A stretch of DNA of 63,910 nucleotides, the filler included, from Octopus bimaculoides (lineage: Eukaryota): NCBI RefSeq assembly GCF_001194135.2. It is 8 parts of 8 records of this genome, joined end to end, with 100 filler letters (N's around TTAATTAATTAA, not from the genome) between each part and the next. Parts side by side here need not be neighbours in the genome. Positions count along the whole stretch, not along the records: positions 1 to 3,907 come from NC_068994.1; positions 4,008 to 9,653 come from NC_068996.1; positions 9,754 to 21,250 come from NC_069000.1; 5 more parts are not named here. The stretch is one strand, 5' to 3'. The stretch's first letter is position 1; each line of letters opens with the position of its first letter. Of this stretch, positions 1-11,776 are shown piece after piece. Both the position numbers and the translations under genes were made by a program. The notes under the pieces were generated by a model. It made no database searches and was not told the origin of the DNA. It saw only the letters and a list, made by a program, of their open reading frames with translations.

Positions 1-33
<33 letters not shown>

Positions 34-103
34 TAATATATATATATAGTGAGAGAGTGGGGAGGAGGGAGAGAGAGACAGAGAGAGAGAATGAGAGAGA
101 GAA

Positions 104-154
<51 letters not shown>

Positions 155-187
155 GAGAGATAGAGCGAGAGAGAGAGAGAGAGAGAA
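1..187. repeat. (TA)n followed by (GA)n microsatellite
   Basis: Directly visible dinucleotide runs; they generate the spurious ER-rich ORF 49..294. Confidence 0.95.
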
Positions 188-1456
188 AGGAAGTGGGGAG
201 GGGAAATGTATTAGGAGGTCAGGCAAAGAGTGAAATGCAATTGGCAGTCGAACGGACGATCAGTCAGACAGCCAGTCAGTCTGGCAAAGATTAGATATGA
301 ATTATAGTGGGAGAGTTATAAAAGCTTTTTCTTATTTTTTATTTTCATATTCAACTTAACCGTCAATAGAAGACAATGACCTTGTACACAACAATGAATT
401 CAATTATAATATTGATATAATCTATTGTACTAATTTTCCAATAATTTTACTTTTACTATATACAACCTAGGTAAGATGGTTGCCAACTGTAACTTCAAAG
501 CCGTATGTATTGTGAGTTTTAGCTGTACTTATTTATACGTACAACCAGTACGTACACGCCCGCGCACGCACGCACGCACACACACACACACACACATACA
601 CATACACACACACACATACACAACTGTATATAAGCGCACGCTGAAAAGTGAAGTCGTTGATATGAATTTAACTAATAAATACCGTAATTATATCTATCTA
701 CATTTGTCATTATACTTGAAAGACGCTGTATTACAAGTCCTACAACTCGATGCACTGCAGTGAAAGCAAGTCTACATTTAACAGAAGGCGTCAAGAGTAT
801 GAATTTGTTTGTCTCGAAGCAGGTTTACTTTACATAATATATTAAACACATTAGATACATACTACGCTCAGATCCCCCACAATTTTTCTCAGTTGCTATG
901 TGAAACTCTAACATGGTTACAATTCCAGTTGAATGATATTCGAATTCAACGTAATTAGAATAATAAATGTTGATATAAATGCGTTACTATGTGGGAGACC
1001 AAATCAGCTGTTTTCTTTCAGCTTTAGAAATTCATATAAGCTGCATGTATTGAATTTTAAAGGATATATTGATGCTGAAGTTGATACATATATTTGCACT
1101 ATATTCTACATTAACCAAAATACTTTTCCAGGATCTCTGATAACACTCATCGTCGACATAACACTAATGTAGGTTTCTTTTGGTTACCAACACAATCCCT
1201 GTTCTTAAGGGTTGAGAATGAATCAAGATGTGACATTAGGATGCTATGCAACTGGAGATTATGACCAAGGCGTAATGTTGTGTTGACCGATCTTCGGTGC
1301 ACGCCAGCCATTGCATTGTCAATATTTGCAGTAACATCGAGCCTTTATTGTCATTCATTCAACCGGTATCGATAAATCAAGTACTAAGGCATTCACTGGA
1401 TCGATGAATTAAGTACAGGGCACTGAGTGGATCGATTCAATCAAAATTACTTTTAC

Positions 1457-1693
1457 AGGCGTGGCTGTGTGGTAAGAAGTTTACCTCCCAACCACATGGT
1501 TCCGGGTTCAGTCCCACTGCGTGGCACCGACCAAAGCCTTGTGAGTGAATTTGACAGACGGAAACTGAAAGAAGTATGTCGTATATGTGTGTCTTTATGT
1601 CTGTGTTTGTTCCCCACCACCCCTTGACAACTGGTTATCGTGTGTTTACATCCCCGTAACATAGCGGTTCAGCAAAAAGAAACCGATAGAATA
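1457..1693 (+). mobile_element. tRNA-derived SINE, family A (internally deleted copy)
   Basis: A-box-like TGGCTGTGTGG and B-box-like GGTTCAGTCCC; same sequence recurs at 23868-24156 (-) and 26522-26687 (+). Confidence 0.85.
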
Positions 1694-1764
1694 ATGTGTG
1701 TGCGCGTTTGTATGTGTATGTATGTACGTATGTATGTATGGATGTTTGTGTATGTATATGTGTG

Positions 1765-1930
1765 TGTCTGTGTCTGTATCTGACCCCCACCCTCCTCACC
1801 AACACTTGACAACGTGTGTGGTGTGTTTATGTCAACGTAACCTAGCAGTTCGGCAAAAGAGTCCTGCAGAATAAGTACTGGTGTCTTTTTTTATCGCAAT
1901 TTAACGACTGAAACAAGTAAAAGAATAAAA
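1765..1930 (+). mobile_element. SINE family A, 3' half
   Basis: ttgacaac..gtgtttatgtc..tagcagttcggcaaaagag..gactgaaacaagtaaaagaataaa matches the 3' halves at 1620-1690 and 12165-12375. Confidence 0.7.
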
Positions 1931-2788
1931 AGAATTTTTCTTTTGCTAATTTATAAATATCAATATTTGCACTTTTCTGTCCCTTTCTAACATTCACACT
2001 AATTCCCTTTAACCTGCTCTGGGGCAGCGACATTAAGTTGATTTTAACCCACTGTCCCTCGTTTGAGGACAGTTGTATCTGGTTTGTTTACTGCGATAAA
2101 GGTTAACTGGGCGCAAAATAATGCTTGTTGTATTTATTTAAGCATTGTATTTGATGTATTCACTGCAATAAAGGTTAACTGGACGCTTCCGTATGCTTGT
2201 TATCCCTATTTATATAACTATCTTCAAAATTTCGACAGGGCTAACCTGGGTTTACCTGGGTTCAGTTGATTTTTGAAGAAAGGCACGATAAGATGTTTGA
2301 GCTACTCGCTAAGATGTTCCTTTAATCAAAGATAGAGTTGATAATCAATTTGTGAAGAGCAATCAGCGATAAATAATTATCTCACGCCTAACGTTGCTTC
2401 TTTGAAATGCTCGTCATGTTCTTAACCGCTTCTAAACTTAGTATCAGAGACTTAATATAATTGATCGTACTGTTAAACATATTTTACGGCTTAACATTTT
2501 AACATATGCAAAGTTTCAGTTAACCTTGCAAGACAACGGACAATTCAGCAACTAGTTTCAGTGTAACTGTAAAACTTGATTATTTCTGTAAGACAATCAC
2601 ATTGTGAAAGCTTTTCCTTTTCTTTATAACTATTTTCCCTCTTTTTTCCTTATTTTTCATCGTGACAACTTACACCAGTACAACCACTATGACGTCAACG
2701 ACAACGATAAGCTCCCCTCCATTATGATGTATGTGGTGTATGTGTACAGACACACACGTACACAACACACACGCACGCACGCACGCAT

Positions 2789-2819
<31 letters not shown>

Positions 2820-2821
2820 TA

Positions 2822-3317
2822 TGGTGATTGTCTACACCTTATGCAGAGTCTGATCACCTCTTGTACTTACACCTTAGATCTATCATGGCGTCTAATGTGG
2901 CTTTTTAAACAATACAATGTTTAAAGACACCCACATAAATTGCATATCCGCTTTGGACCACTAAGAGTGGCAGTTAAGTTCTGATTTTTGTGCATCTTAA
3001 AATGTCTTTTGAGGCCTCCGTTAGATTTGCAGATCTTATGGCATACATGGCATTGACAAGTATGCACAAATAGATGGGCAGAGTATTTGGTGGAGATTCG
3101 ATTTCATGGGTCCGCAAATGAGATTTGAGTCTAGCAAAAGAAAGGCATGGTATGCCACAAACTGTGCACACAAAAAGGGATTCATTTTCTTGTTGATCGT
3201 AGCATTTTCTTTAAATTTCTTTTGAGTTTCGCATGTGTCGTCCTGATTTCTTCAAAAGCTTTCACTCCACTCCACACTTTTGTTCGCCATCCAGCTCGAT
3301 CCAAAGCAAGGGCCGCT
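2822..3317 (-). mobile_element. RTE-clade LINE 3' end (degenerate ORF C-terminus)
   Basis: Minus strand reads ALALDRAGWRTKVWSGVKAFEEIRTTHAKLKRNLKK, then (frameshift) CTVCGIPCLSFARLKSHLRTH and a second decayed zinc finger (CNLCG..KSHIRRH), ending in a (TG)n tail. Typical RTE C-terminus. Confidence 0.8.
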
Positions 3318-3503
3318 CTTGAGTGCTACTGGTAACATATAACCCAGTACAACCTGATGCGTGGTCGGATCGTCAGCGACCAAACTAGCAACCCCACCAG
3401 GCTTGCTTGGTGAGGAGGGTTATTGTTGGATCCCCCCTGAAGGACGAAATATAAGACTCGTCAAAGGACGGAGGAGCTCATGAGTAGTCAATGGTCTCCA
3501 ACA
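3318..3503 (-). mobile_element. Putative RTE 5' UTR segment fused to the RTE 3' end
   Basis: GC-rich structured segment (hairpins aaccc-cacca/tggtg-gggtt and tggtcg/cgacca) directly abutting the ORF fragment; assignment as 5' UTR is inference. Confidence 0.45.
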
Positions 3504-3654
3504 AATGTGTAAATATGAATATATTGTTTTATATATTTTCATATGTATATATATATTTACATATTTTTCCCTTTTACATATATATACATATGTGTGTGTG
3601 TGTGTGTGTGTATAGGCATATATATGTATATATATATATATGTATATAGACATA

Positions 3655-3700
<46 letters not shown>

Positions 3701-3752
3701 AACATATGTATATAGACACATATATATGTGTCTGTATATATATATATATATA

Positions 3753-3907
3753 TAAAAATGAGAATGTGTGTCTGTCTGTCTGTCTGTGTGAATCCCTAAA
3801 ACTCGAGAACTACGCAACCAATTTCATTCAAATTTTACACATGCCTTACTTAGGGTTCCAGTTGTGTTTTAGTCAAAAAAAATTATTAACTTCTTGCAGA
3901 GTTCGAG
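3753..3907 (+). mobile_element. Helentron/HINE (DINE-1-like) non-autonomous element fragment
   Basis: AT-rich start, (GTCT)n microsatellite, short subterminal inverted motif ctcgagaact/agagttcgag; truncated by a gap. Confidence 0.45.
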
Positions 3908-3951
3908 NNNNNNNNNNNNNNNNNNNNNNNNNNNNNNNNNNNNNNNNNNNN

Positions 3952-3963
3952 TTAATTAATTAA
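3952..3963. other. Assembly linker TTAATTAATTAA inside N gaps (also at about 9698, 21295, 27701, 37120, 61317, 62799)
   Basis: Identical 12-mer embedded between N runs seven times; palindromic with stops in all frames; not biological. Confidence 0.9.
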
Positions 3964-4007
3964 NNNNNNNNNNNNNNNNNNNNNNNNNNNNNNNNNNNNN
4001 NNNNNNN

Positions 4008-4300
4008 CGAAAATACCTAAAGCTCCACGAGGCTCCGGCAGGGGATGGTGGCGAACCCTGCTGTACTCTTTCTCTCACTCTTACTTTCTGTTTCTGTTGT
4101 GCCTGTAATTCAAAGGGTCAGCCTTGTCACACACTGTGTCACGCTGAATATCCCCGAGAACTACGTTAAGGGTACACGTGTCTGTGGTGTGCTCAGCCAC
4201 TTGCACGTTTAATTTCACGAGCAGGCTGTTTCGTTGATTGGATCAACTGGAACCCACGACGTCGTAAGCAACGGAGTGCCAACAGCAACAACAACAACAG
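4008..4300 (+). mobile_element. Retroposon 3' end with (CAA)n tail
   Basis: Ends ...gtcgtaagcaacggagtgcc-aacagcaacaacaacaac; the reverse complement recurs at 8420-8535. Confidence 0.65.
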
Positions 4301-4561
4301 CTTCTAAGTATCCTACCGCTTTCTCAATACACGCTCATCCCTAATCCCTCGTCTCTATCTCTCTTTCTTTCCTTCTTTCTTTCTTTCTTTCTTTCCTTTT
4401 TTCACTGTTATTCTCTATCATTCATCTTTTTCTCTTTCTGCTTCTTTGTTATCGCAGCGTCATTCATTCTCGATCACTTAGTACTTTGTATTAACACATT
4501 ATACATCAGCTTCACTGAAACAGGCAGGTTGGTACTCTTTCTTTTTTTTTCTCCTGCTCAA

Positions 4562-4625
<64 letters not shown>

Positions 4626-4790
4626 TCTCCCTCCTGCTCCTAATTTCCTACACACGTATCAATACAAGCGTGGATCTATGTAAATTTACATACATGCGAA
4701 TTCTTTATTACCCACAGGGGGCGACATAGAGGGGACGATACATGCACAAACTTTACATACATGCACAAACTCAATTATATTATACTTAAA

Positions 4791-4861
<71 letters not shown>

Positions 4862-5156
4862 CGTATACATTCATATATCAATGCATTTGAATATACAAAT
4901 GCACGTATAAACGCATGTATGTCTGTATTATCATGAATTCCCCCTCTTCTTAATTTGCACTCCATGTCGAAGAAATCTTTTGATGAACAGAAATAAGCCC
5001 TTGTGCAATGTGTGCATGGGCTTCCATACTTCCTGTTACGTCTCCTGTCTCCAATTGCTTGTTTCCTGCTAGAGTAAATGCATAACACATTATATTAATG
5101 CGTCCGTGCATACATATATGTGTGTCTGTCTGTCTGTATACGGGTACATATGATCT

Positions 5157-5187
<31 letters not shown>

Positions 5188-5814
5188 NNNNNNNNNNNNN
5201 NNNNNNNNNNNNNNNNNNNNNNNNNNNNNNNNNNNNNNNNNNNNNNNNNNNNNNNNNNNNNNNNNNNNNNNNNNNNNNNNNNNNNNNNNNNNNNNNNNNN
5301 NNNNNNNNNNNNNNNNNNNNNNNNNNNNNNNNNNNNNNNNNNNNNNNNNNNNNNNNNNNNNNNNNNNNNNNNNNNNNNNNNNNNNNNNNNNNNNNNNNNN
5401 NNNNNNNNNNNNNNNNNNNNNNNNNNNNNNNNNNNNNNNNNNNNNNNNNNNNNNNNNNNNNNNNNNNNNNNNNNNNNNNNNNNNNNNNNNNNNNNNNNNN
5501 NNNNNNNNNNNNNNNNNNNNNNNNNNNNNNNNNNNNNNNNNNNNNNNNNNNNNNNNNNNNNNNNNNNNNNNNNNNNNNNNNNNNNNNNNNNNNNNNNNNN
5601 NNNNNNNNNNNNNNNNNNNNNNNNNNNNNNNNNNNNNNNNNNNNNNNNNNNNNNNNNNNNNNNNNNNNNNNNNNNNNNNNNNNNNNNNNNNNNNNNCGTA
5701 CATACATATATTTATGCATGCACACACACACACACACACATACATATATATGCATATATATATGTGTATATATGCGTGTTTGTGTGTGTATCTGTGTGTG
5801 TGTGTGTATCTGTG

Positions 5815-6403
5815 TGACTGTTAATTCCAGCAGGTAGACATACTTAGTATGTCCTTTGATTAATGTTAATCCTTCAGCTATTTAATGCTTTTTTGGGGGG
5901 TGGGGCTGCAATCGCCTATATCCTGTTATCATTTTTAAATTGTTGCACCCGATAATAACAGAGTCAATGGTATCTTCTCAAATTATTTTTTCCTGAATTC
6001 TTTGCTCCGTATTGAAATTATATTCACACCGGTGGCTGCCATGATTTCGGCGCAAAATGAATCAGTTGCTGCGTAGACTTCAACTCGATGGGTTGGGAGT
6101 CTCTAACATGGTAACGCGTGCTGAGGAAACCGGTCCACGTGAGTCCAAATACTTACATGTACATAGGGAGATTATCTTAGCCCGTTTACCTTCGGACGGT
6201 TGATTTCTGTAGTTATTATCAGTGTATTTTCGCGATGTAAACGAGAATTTTGACTGTTTGTCGACATAGTTTGTCTTTTGATTAATTTTAATTCTTCAGT
6301 TATTTAATGCTTTCTTTGGGCCTGCAATCACCTATATTATTGATTCTGTTATTATCATTTTTAAATTGTTACACTAGATAATAGCAGAGTCAATGGTATC
6401 TTC
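5815..6403. repeat. Two diverged ~155-160 bp direct repeats (5815-5977, 6251-6403) around a ~270 bp spacer
   Basis: Shared blocks such as ttcag(c/t)tatttaatgcttt and atcatttttaaattgtt..agagtcaatggtatcttc. Confidence 0.8.
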
Positions 6404-6523
6404 GCCAGCACACCCACCGGCAGTCGATGAAATCGTAATCTGTACATCTTGTACATGTTAATTGTGCTTATATATAGGTACTTCATAATCTTGCCTTTTT
6501 CTGTCTTTTTACATACATGCTAC

Positions 6524-6575
<52 letters not shown>

Positions 6576-6926
6576 TTTTCTGATGCCTCTTTTGCCCATC
6601 TCATTCCTCAAGACACACTTTGTCGTAAATGCACACTGGCATTGACCATTCAGCGAAGCATGCTAGTTTCATTTCTTTCAAGCATACGCACTCCTCGGTT
6701 GTCACAGCCCATGTTTCACTGCCATGTAGCATAGCTGTTCGCACAGAGGAATCATAAAATGTCATTCACTTGAGAGGGAGGCCCTTTGTTGCCAATGGAG
6801 GCAGAAACTCTCTGAACTGTGCCAAGCCTATACTTTTTTGTAGCTACGCTCTCAGAGCATCCAACTCCACTACTGACTTTGTCGCCTAAATAACGGAAGC
6901 TATGAACTCTAGTATACCCACCTGGT

Positions 6927-6997
6927 AATCGATGGAATCAAAATCTGTACGTCTTGTACAGTGTTTATTGTACCTATATATATGTGTGTGTGTGTGC

Positions 6998-7061
<64 letters not shown>

Positions 7062-7145
7062 TCTGCTTCCACTGTCCCAGTGTTGGCAAAGAAAATTCTG
7101 AGAATAAACACTGTACAAGATGTACAGACTTCGATTCCATCGATT
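6927..7145. repeat. 43-bp inverted repeat enclosing a (TG)n tract
   Basis: 6927-6969 vs reverse complement of 7103-7145: 3 mismatches; a third partial copy near 6421-6458. Confidence 0.85.
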
Positions 7146-7256
7146 GTGCATTGTGTTGAGGGAATTTCATTCCCCCAAAATACTAGGTATTGAACCAGTA
7201 TTTTCTTGGATGCAACCATCCCTTCTTCTAATTAAATCGATATATATATATATCTT

Positions 7257-7589
7257 TTACTCTTTTACTTGTTTCAGTGGTGTATGTAGTTTGGCATTGG
7301 TTAATAGTGTTTTCAAAGATTTGTGTTGCCTTTTGCATTTAAGGACTTTATGTGTATTGATGATATTGTTCATTTTCGGGTCTGTGGTGAGTAAGGGGAG
7401 GTTTTGTTTGATTGTGGTGTATGCTTCGATGTTTTTGGGGTTGTGGGTGGAGATGTATGGAAGTATTTTGGGGTTGGGTGTGTTATTATGTTGGTTGGTT
7501 TTTAGTGTGTTTTTGTCAAGTTCCTTGGCACGTTTTATTCCAAGATCTATGAGTGTGGAGGGATATTGGCGTTGTAACAGTGTTTTTTT
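7257..7589 (-). mobile_element. Penelope-like element fragment (RT-to-GIY-YIG linker region)
   Basis: LLQRQYPSTLIDLGIKRAKELDK..LPYISTHNP..LTTDPKMNNII..KRQHKSLKTLL matches the PLE pattern R.YP..I...I.RA..P...T.NP..L..D..R..NL...L; truncated by a gap. Confidence 0.75.
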
Positions 7590-8313
7590 NNNNNNNNNNN
7601 NNNNNNNNNNNNNNNNNNNNNNNNNNNNNNNNNNNNNNNNNNNNNNNNNNNNNNNNNNNNNNNNNNNNNNNNNNNNNNNNNNNNNNNNNNNNNNNNNNNN
7701 NNNNNNNNNNNNNNNNNNNNNNNNNNNNNNNNNNNNNNNNNNNNNNNNNNNNNNNNNNNNNNNNNNNNNNNNNNNNNNNNNNNNNNNNNNNNNNNNNNNN
7801 NNNNNNNNNNNNNNNNNNNNNNNNNNNNNNNNNNNNNNNNNNNNNNNNNNNNNNNNNNNNNNNNNNNNNNNNNNNNNNNNNNNNNNNNNNNNNNNNNNNN
7901 NNNNNNNNNNNNNNNNNNNNNNNNNNNNNNNNNNNNNNNNNNNNNNNNNNNNNNNNNNNNNNNNNNNNNNNNNNNNNNNNNNNNNNNNNNNNNNNNNNNN
8001 NNNNNNNNNNNNNNNNNNNNNNNNNNNNNNNNNNNNNNNNNNNNNNNNNNNNNNNNNNNNNNNNNNNNNNNNNNNNNNNNNNNNNNNNNNNNNNNNNNNN
8101 NNNNNNNNNNNNNNNNNNNNNNNNNNNNNNNNNNNNNNNNNNNNNNNNNNNNNNNNNNNNNNNNNNNNNNNNNNNNNNNNNNNNNNNNNNNNNNNNNNNN
8201 NNNNNNNNNNNNNNNNNNNNNNNNNNNNNNNNNNNNNNNNNNNNNNNNNNNNNNNNNNNNNNNNNNNNNNNNNNNNNNNNNNNNNNNNNNNNNNNNNNNN
8301 NNNNNNNNNNNNN

Positions 8314-8379
<66 letters not shown>

Positions 8380-8419
8380 CTATACATGTGTTTCCACCAT
8401 CTTTATAGGTATGTAGTAC

Positions 8420-8535
8420 TGGCACTCCGTCGGTTACGGCGGCGTGGGCTCGAACTTACTCATGAAATGAACATGCAATCCACAGACACGTGTACAGTTA
8501 ACATATTTCTCACGGGACATAGAGCGTGGCACAGA
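8420..8535 (-). mobile_element. Second, internally deleted copy of the 4008-4300 retroposon 3' end
   Basis: tggcactccgtcggttacg..cacagacacgtgtac is the reverse complement of 4170-4282. Confidence 0.65.
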
Positions 8536-8554
8536 ATACGACAAGCTGTCCCAT

Positions 8555-8705
8555 TTGAAATTGTGGTACTACTCATTTTTGCCAGCTGAGTGGACTGGAG
8601 CAAAGTGAAATAAGATCTTACTGAAGGACTCAGCGCGATGCAGGGAATCGAAATCACAACCATGAGATCATGAATCGAATATACCAACCGATAAGCCATG
8701 CGCCT
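8555..8705 (-). mobile_element. tRNA-derived SINE family C (degenerate)
   Basis: cagctgagtggactggagcaa..gggaatcgaa; related to 22150-22300, 30085-30255 and 38570-38745. Confidence 0.55.
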
Positions 8706-9753
8706 ATGTAGCACGTATCGGTGATATGTGTATGCTCAGCCACTTTGATTACGTCGACTTTCACGCTATAGTGGTGTTGCTGTTAGCAGAGATATATTGC
8801 CAGCATTTGACGTACTCTTCGAATTCTGTAGGTGATAGTACGGCTCTTTTTCGTTCTCTGCTATGTTAGATATATACACATTCAAATATATTCTTAATTT
8901 TTTCATTCATATTTTTATTTTTATTTCTACGTTTGTAGAAATAAGTATTCTTGTATTTTTCTATTATTCAATTGATTTTTAATGATAATTAAATAAACGT
9001 TTTTTTTTGTTTTAAATAGTCTAGCTTTAACTATTACACCGGTTAAATATGTACTAATATTATCTTTATTATTATTTTAACCTTAAACTTCGTTCAAATT
9101 GTATTTAAAACGATAATAATTTATATAAGCTGGTTTTTGTATATAATATACATGTTAGCAGATATTATAATGGACGTAGGGATGATTATGTAATGTTTAT
9201 TATTTTGATATTTTTAATAATTTTTCTATCTTTATAAAATAAGTATTTTATATAAATTCATTTGGTACTTATTGTTGGTTGATATATACATTTATTTATT
9301 ATTATTATTGTGGTACTTAGACCTGACGATTAGCTGTATTTTTTAATAGAATTTATTTTCGATAATTTTAATTGATTTTAATCGATTTAAATTTCCTTTC
9401 TATTTGAAAATTTGTTATGAAACACATGTAGTCATTTTATTATCTTTATTTTATGATATTTACTTTGTATTATATTATACTCATTTATTGTGCTTTTAAT
9501 TATTAATTTTTCTATATGTGACAGTGGATTTTCATCGATGAGTTCATGAACCTTAGTTCTTTTCCCTAAAACTATATATTTATATATATTTTACTCTGTA
9601 AAGCTCAATTTAATTTCTAATTTTTAATAAATTGATTTTAATTGAGTTTTTACNNNNNNNNNNNNNNNNNNNNNNNNNNNNNNNNNNNNNNNNNNNNTTA
9701 ATTAATTAANNNNNNNNNNNNNNNNNNNNNNNNNNNNNNNNNNNNNNNNNNNN

Positions 9754-9980
9754 AATCATACTGCTGCTATTTAACCCTAAGAAGCTGGACCGCCTCATGT
9801 CTGCCGTGACACATTTCCTGTGTCCTTATATTTGCGAGGGGGAGACAAGCAACCCCACCCAGCCTAGTCTGCATTCAGACTAATGAAACACCAGCTAATG
9901 AAATATAAGGACACAGGAAATGTGTCAAGGCCGACAGGAAGCGGTCCAGCTCCCTAGGGCTAAATACCAGCAGTATGATT
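9754..9980. mobile_element. Foldback / MITE-like element with ~80-bp arms
   Basis: 9754-9833 is the near reverse complement of 9901-9980 (e.g. gacacatttcctgtgtccttatattt / aaatataaggacacaggaaatgtgtc). Left end abuts a gap. Confidence 0.8.
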
Positions 9981-11548
9981 TCCTTATTGGGACTGTCACA
10001 TTAAGTTGACAGTATACAACTACTTTATATATATATATCTACACATACACATGTTCATTTTATTCCCATGCATGCATGTATAAATTTACATCAGCTGTAG
10101 CTATGGACTTTAAGTTGTTGAATATATTTATTCATAAATGAAACGAAACCACGTTAACTTAAACGCCATTTTTCTGTAACTTCATAATAAATAGAGACGA
10201 TTACAGAAAATAGATAGAAGACCATATATATATGAAATATGAAAGAAATGTAAATTAAATAAGGAATTTTTTCTTTATATTATTATGCTATCTACAGTTT
10301 ATCACTGATTTCAGAGCGATGTGCAAATTAAACTAGCCATTTCAGCAAGTTTCAAGTTTATATTTGATTTAAATAGTGACTATCTTTTTGCATCTGCGGA
10401 AATGTGGTTTGACTATTTTTTGCATCTGCGGAAATGTAGTTTCTTATCTTCTGAGAAGTAACTATCAGCCATAAACATGTCCAGTATCGTTTTCCTGTGT
10501 GCAAGATTATTTACAAATGTTTGTTATCCAAAGCGTAGGAGTTATGAGCTGTTGGCAAAGAACACTATATTTATCCTTTATTTGCTAATATTTGCTCATA
10601 CACGCTGTTTATGCACAAAATATCAATTATTTTCAACTATGTAGCTTAAAGTAATTGATAATACTTTTTACGAGTTGAATGTATTATTACATTCACCATA
10701 TTTTCCATTTATTTTCCAAATCTGTTGTATCTATTTTCCAGTACGCTTGAGCAAAACATTCAACATAAGCTAGACCTCTAAATGCATATTACATCTATAT
10801 TTAATCTATATTTTTACAAACAACGCCAGTACTGAATTACTGCAAACAAAAACAGCAGCAGAATTAAGAATAAGAAAATAGTATCAAGATCAGAAATGGC
10901 TAGACAAGAAGTTCATTGACTGCACAAACTAGAAATAAAATATCTATGAAATGAATGGCTTAACATTGAAAGGTTAGAAATCAATACCTATTCTCGTTGA
11001 AGATATTGTATTATTTTGGGACGCCGCCTACGCGGTAATAAATTGTCAAAGAAATTGGAGATGTATTTAATACTTATAACTTTCAATAACCAAAATAAGA
11101 TTATCTACAACTCCTAACAGGAGAAATATTAATCTATGACCACTATTACTCAAACCCCGGCAGCTATGGCACGCTACTCCACACACAAGAATCATTACTT
11201 TGCATCACGTATAGGTAGTGCAGGCGCACTACAGTTTCAAACATAAGCATCCTAGGAAGCATAGAGAAATATATATGGCTTGGCGTCGAAAACAATTAAC
11301 GACAAATTAAATTATTATAACTCTAACACTTTGCTTGTCTTATGTATCATATGATACACAGGACATATTTGCTTGGCGTCCATGTATCGAATAAGACAAA
11401 CATTTCCAATTTTGTTTTGTTTTTATTCTGGAAGGAAAGCTTCCATAAGTCAGAACTTATGGATTGAAGGTTAAAAGTCTGAAAACAAGCATGGACGATT
11501 AGGACAAATATATGGAAATGCTTTGGACAGGCAAAGGTTTAAAATATA

Positions 11549-11776
11549 TTGGGTTGTCCGGAAAGTTCGTGCCGATTTTTAAAGGAAAGAAAAAGGTCAA
11601 TAAATACTTGCCATTACATTTTTAATCAACCAAATATGAACCATTTTGTTGCACAATGCGTCTCCATCTTTCCTTTAACTTGAAAATACCATCTTCCCAG
11701 AATCGAGGTAGTTTCGTGTCAAATAAGTCGAAAGGTAAGCTACTATAATTCGGCACGAACTTTCCGGACAACCCAA
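11549..11776 (-). mobile_element. Mariner deletion derivative (228 bp) with perfect 27-bp TIRs and TA target duplication
   Basis: TIR ttgggttgtccggaaagttcgtgccga at both ends, flanked by TA; minus strand 11622-11702 encodes the mariner transposase C-terminus FWEDGIFKLKERWRRIVQQNGSYLVD*. Confidence 0.93.

Noticed and set aside
3318-3503. HDV-like ribozyme at the putative RTE 5' end
   Set aside because: RTE elements are known to carry such ribozymes, and P2/P4-like stems can be drawn, but I could not find a matching P1 or clean P3, so it is not supported by eye.
3952-3963. Recurrent TTAATTAATTAA motif with spacer-like regularity
   Set aside because: Always embedded in N runs; it is a scaffolding linker, not a CRISPR repeat or biological motif.
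6100-6215. Faint resemblance to a Helitron helicase C-terminal motif on the minus strand
   Set aside because: It needs several frameshifts and substitutions; indistinguishable from chance.
722-11215. Chain of possible + strand exons (about 722-820, 1130-1263, 11118-11215)
   Set aside because: Open frames exist but the splice sites are weak and the peptides unrecognisable; such candidates are easily generated by chance.
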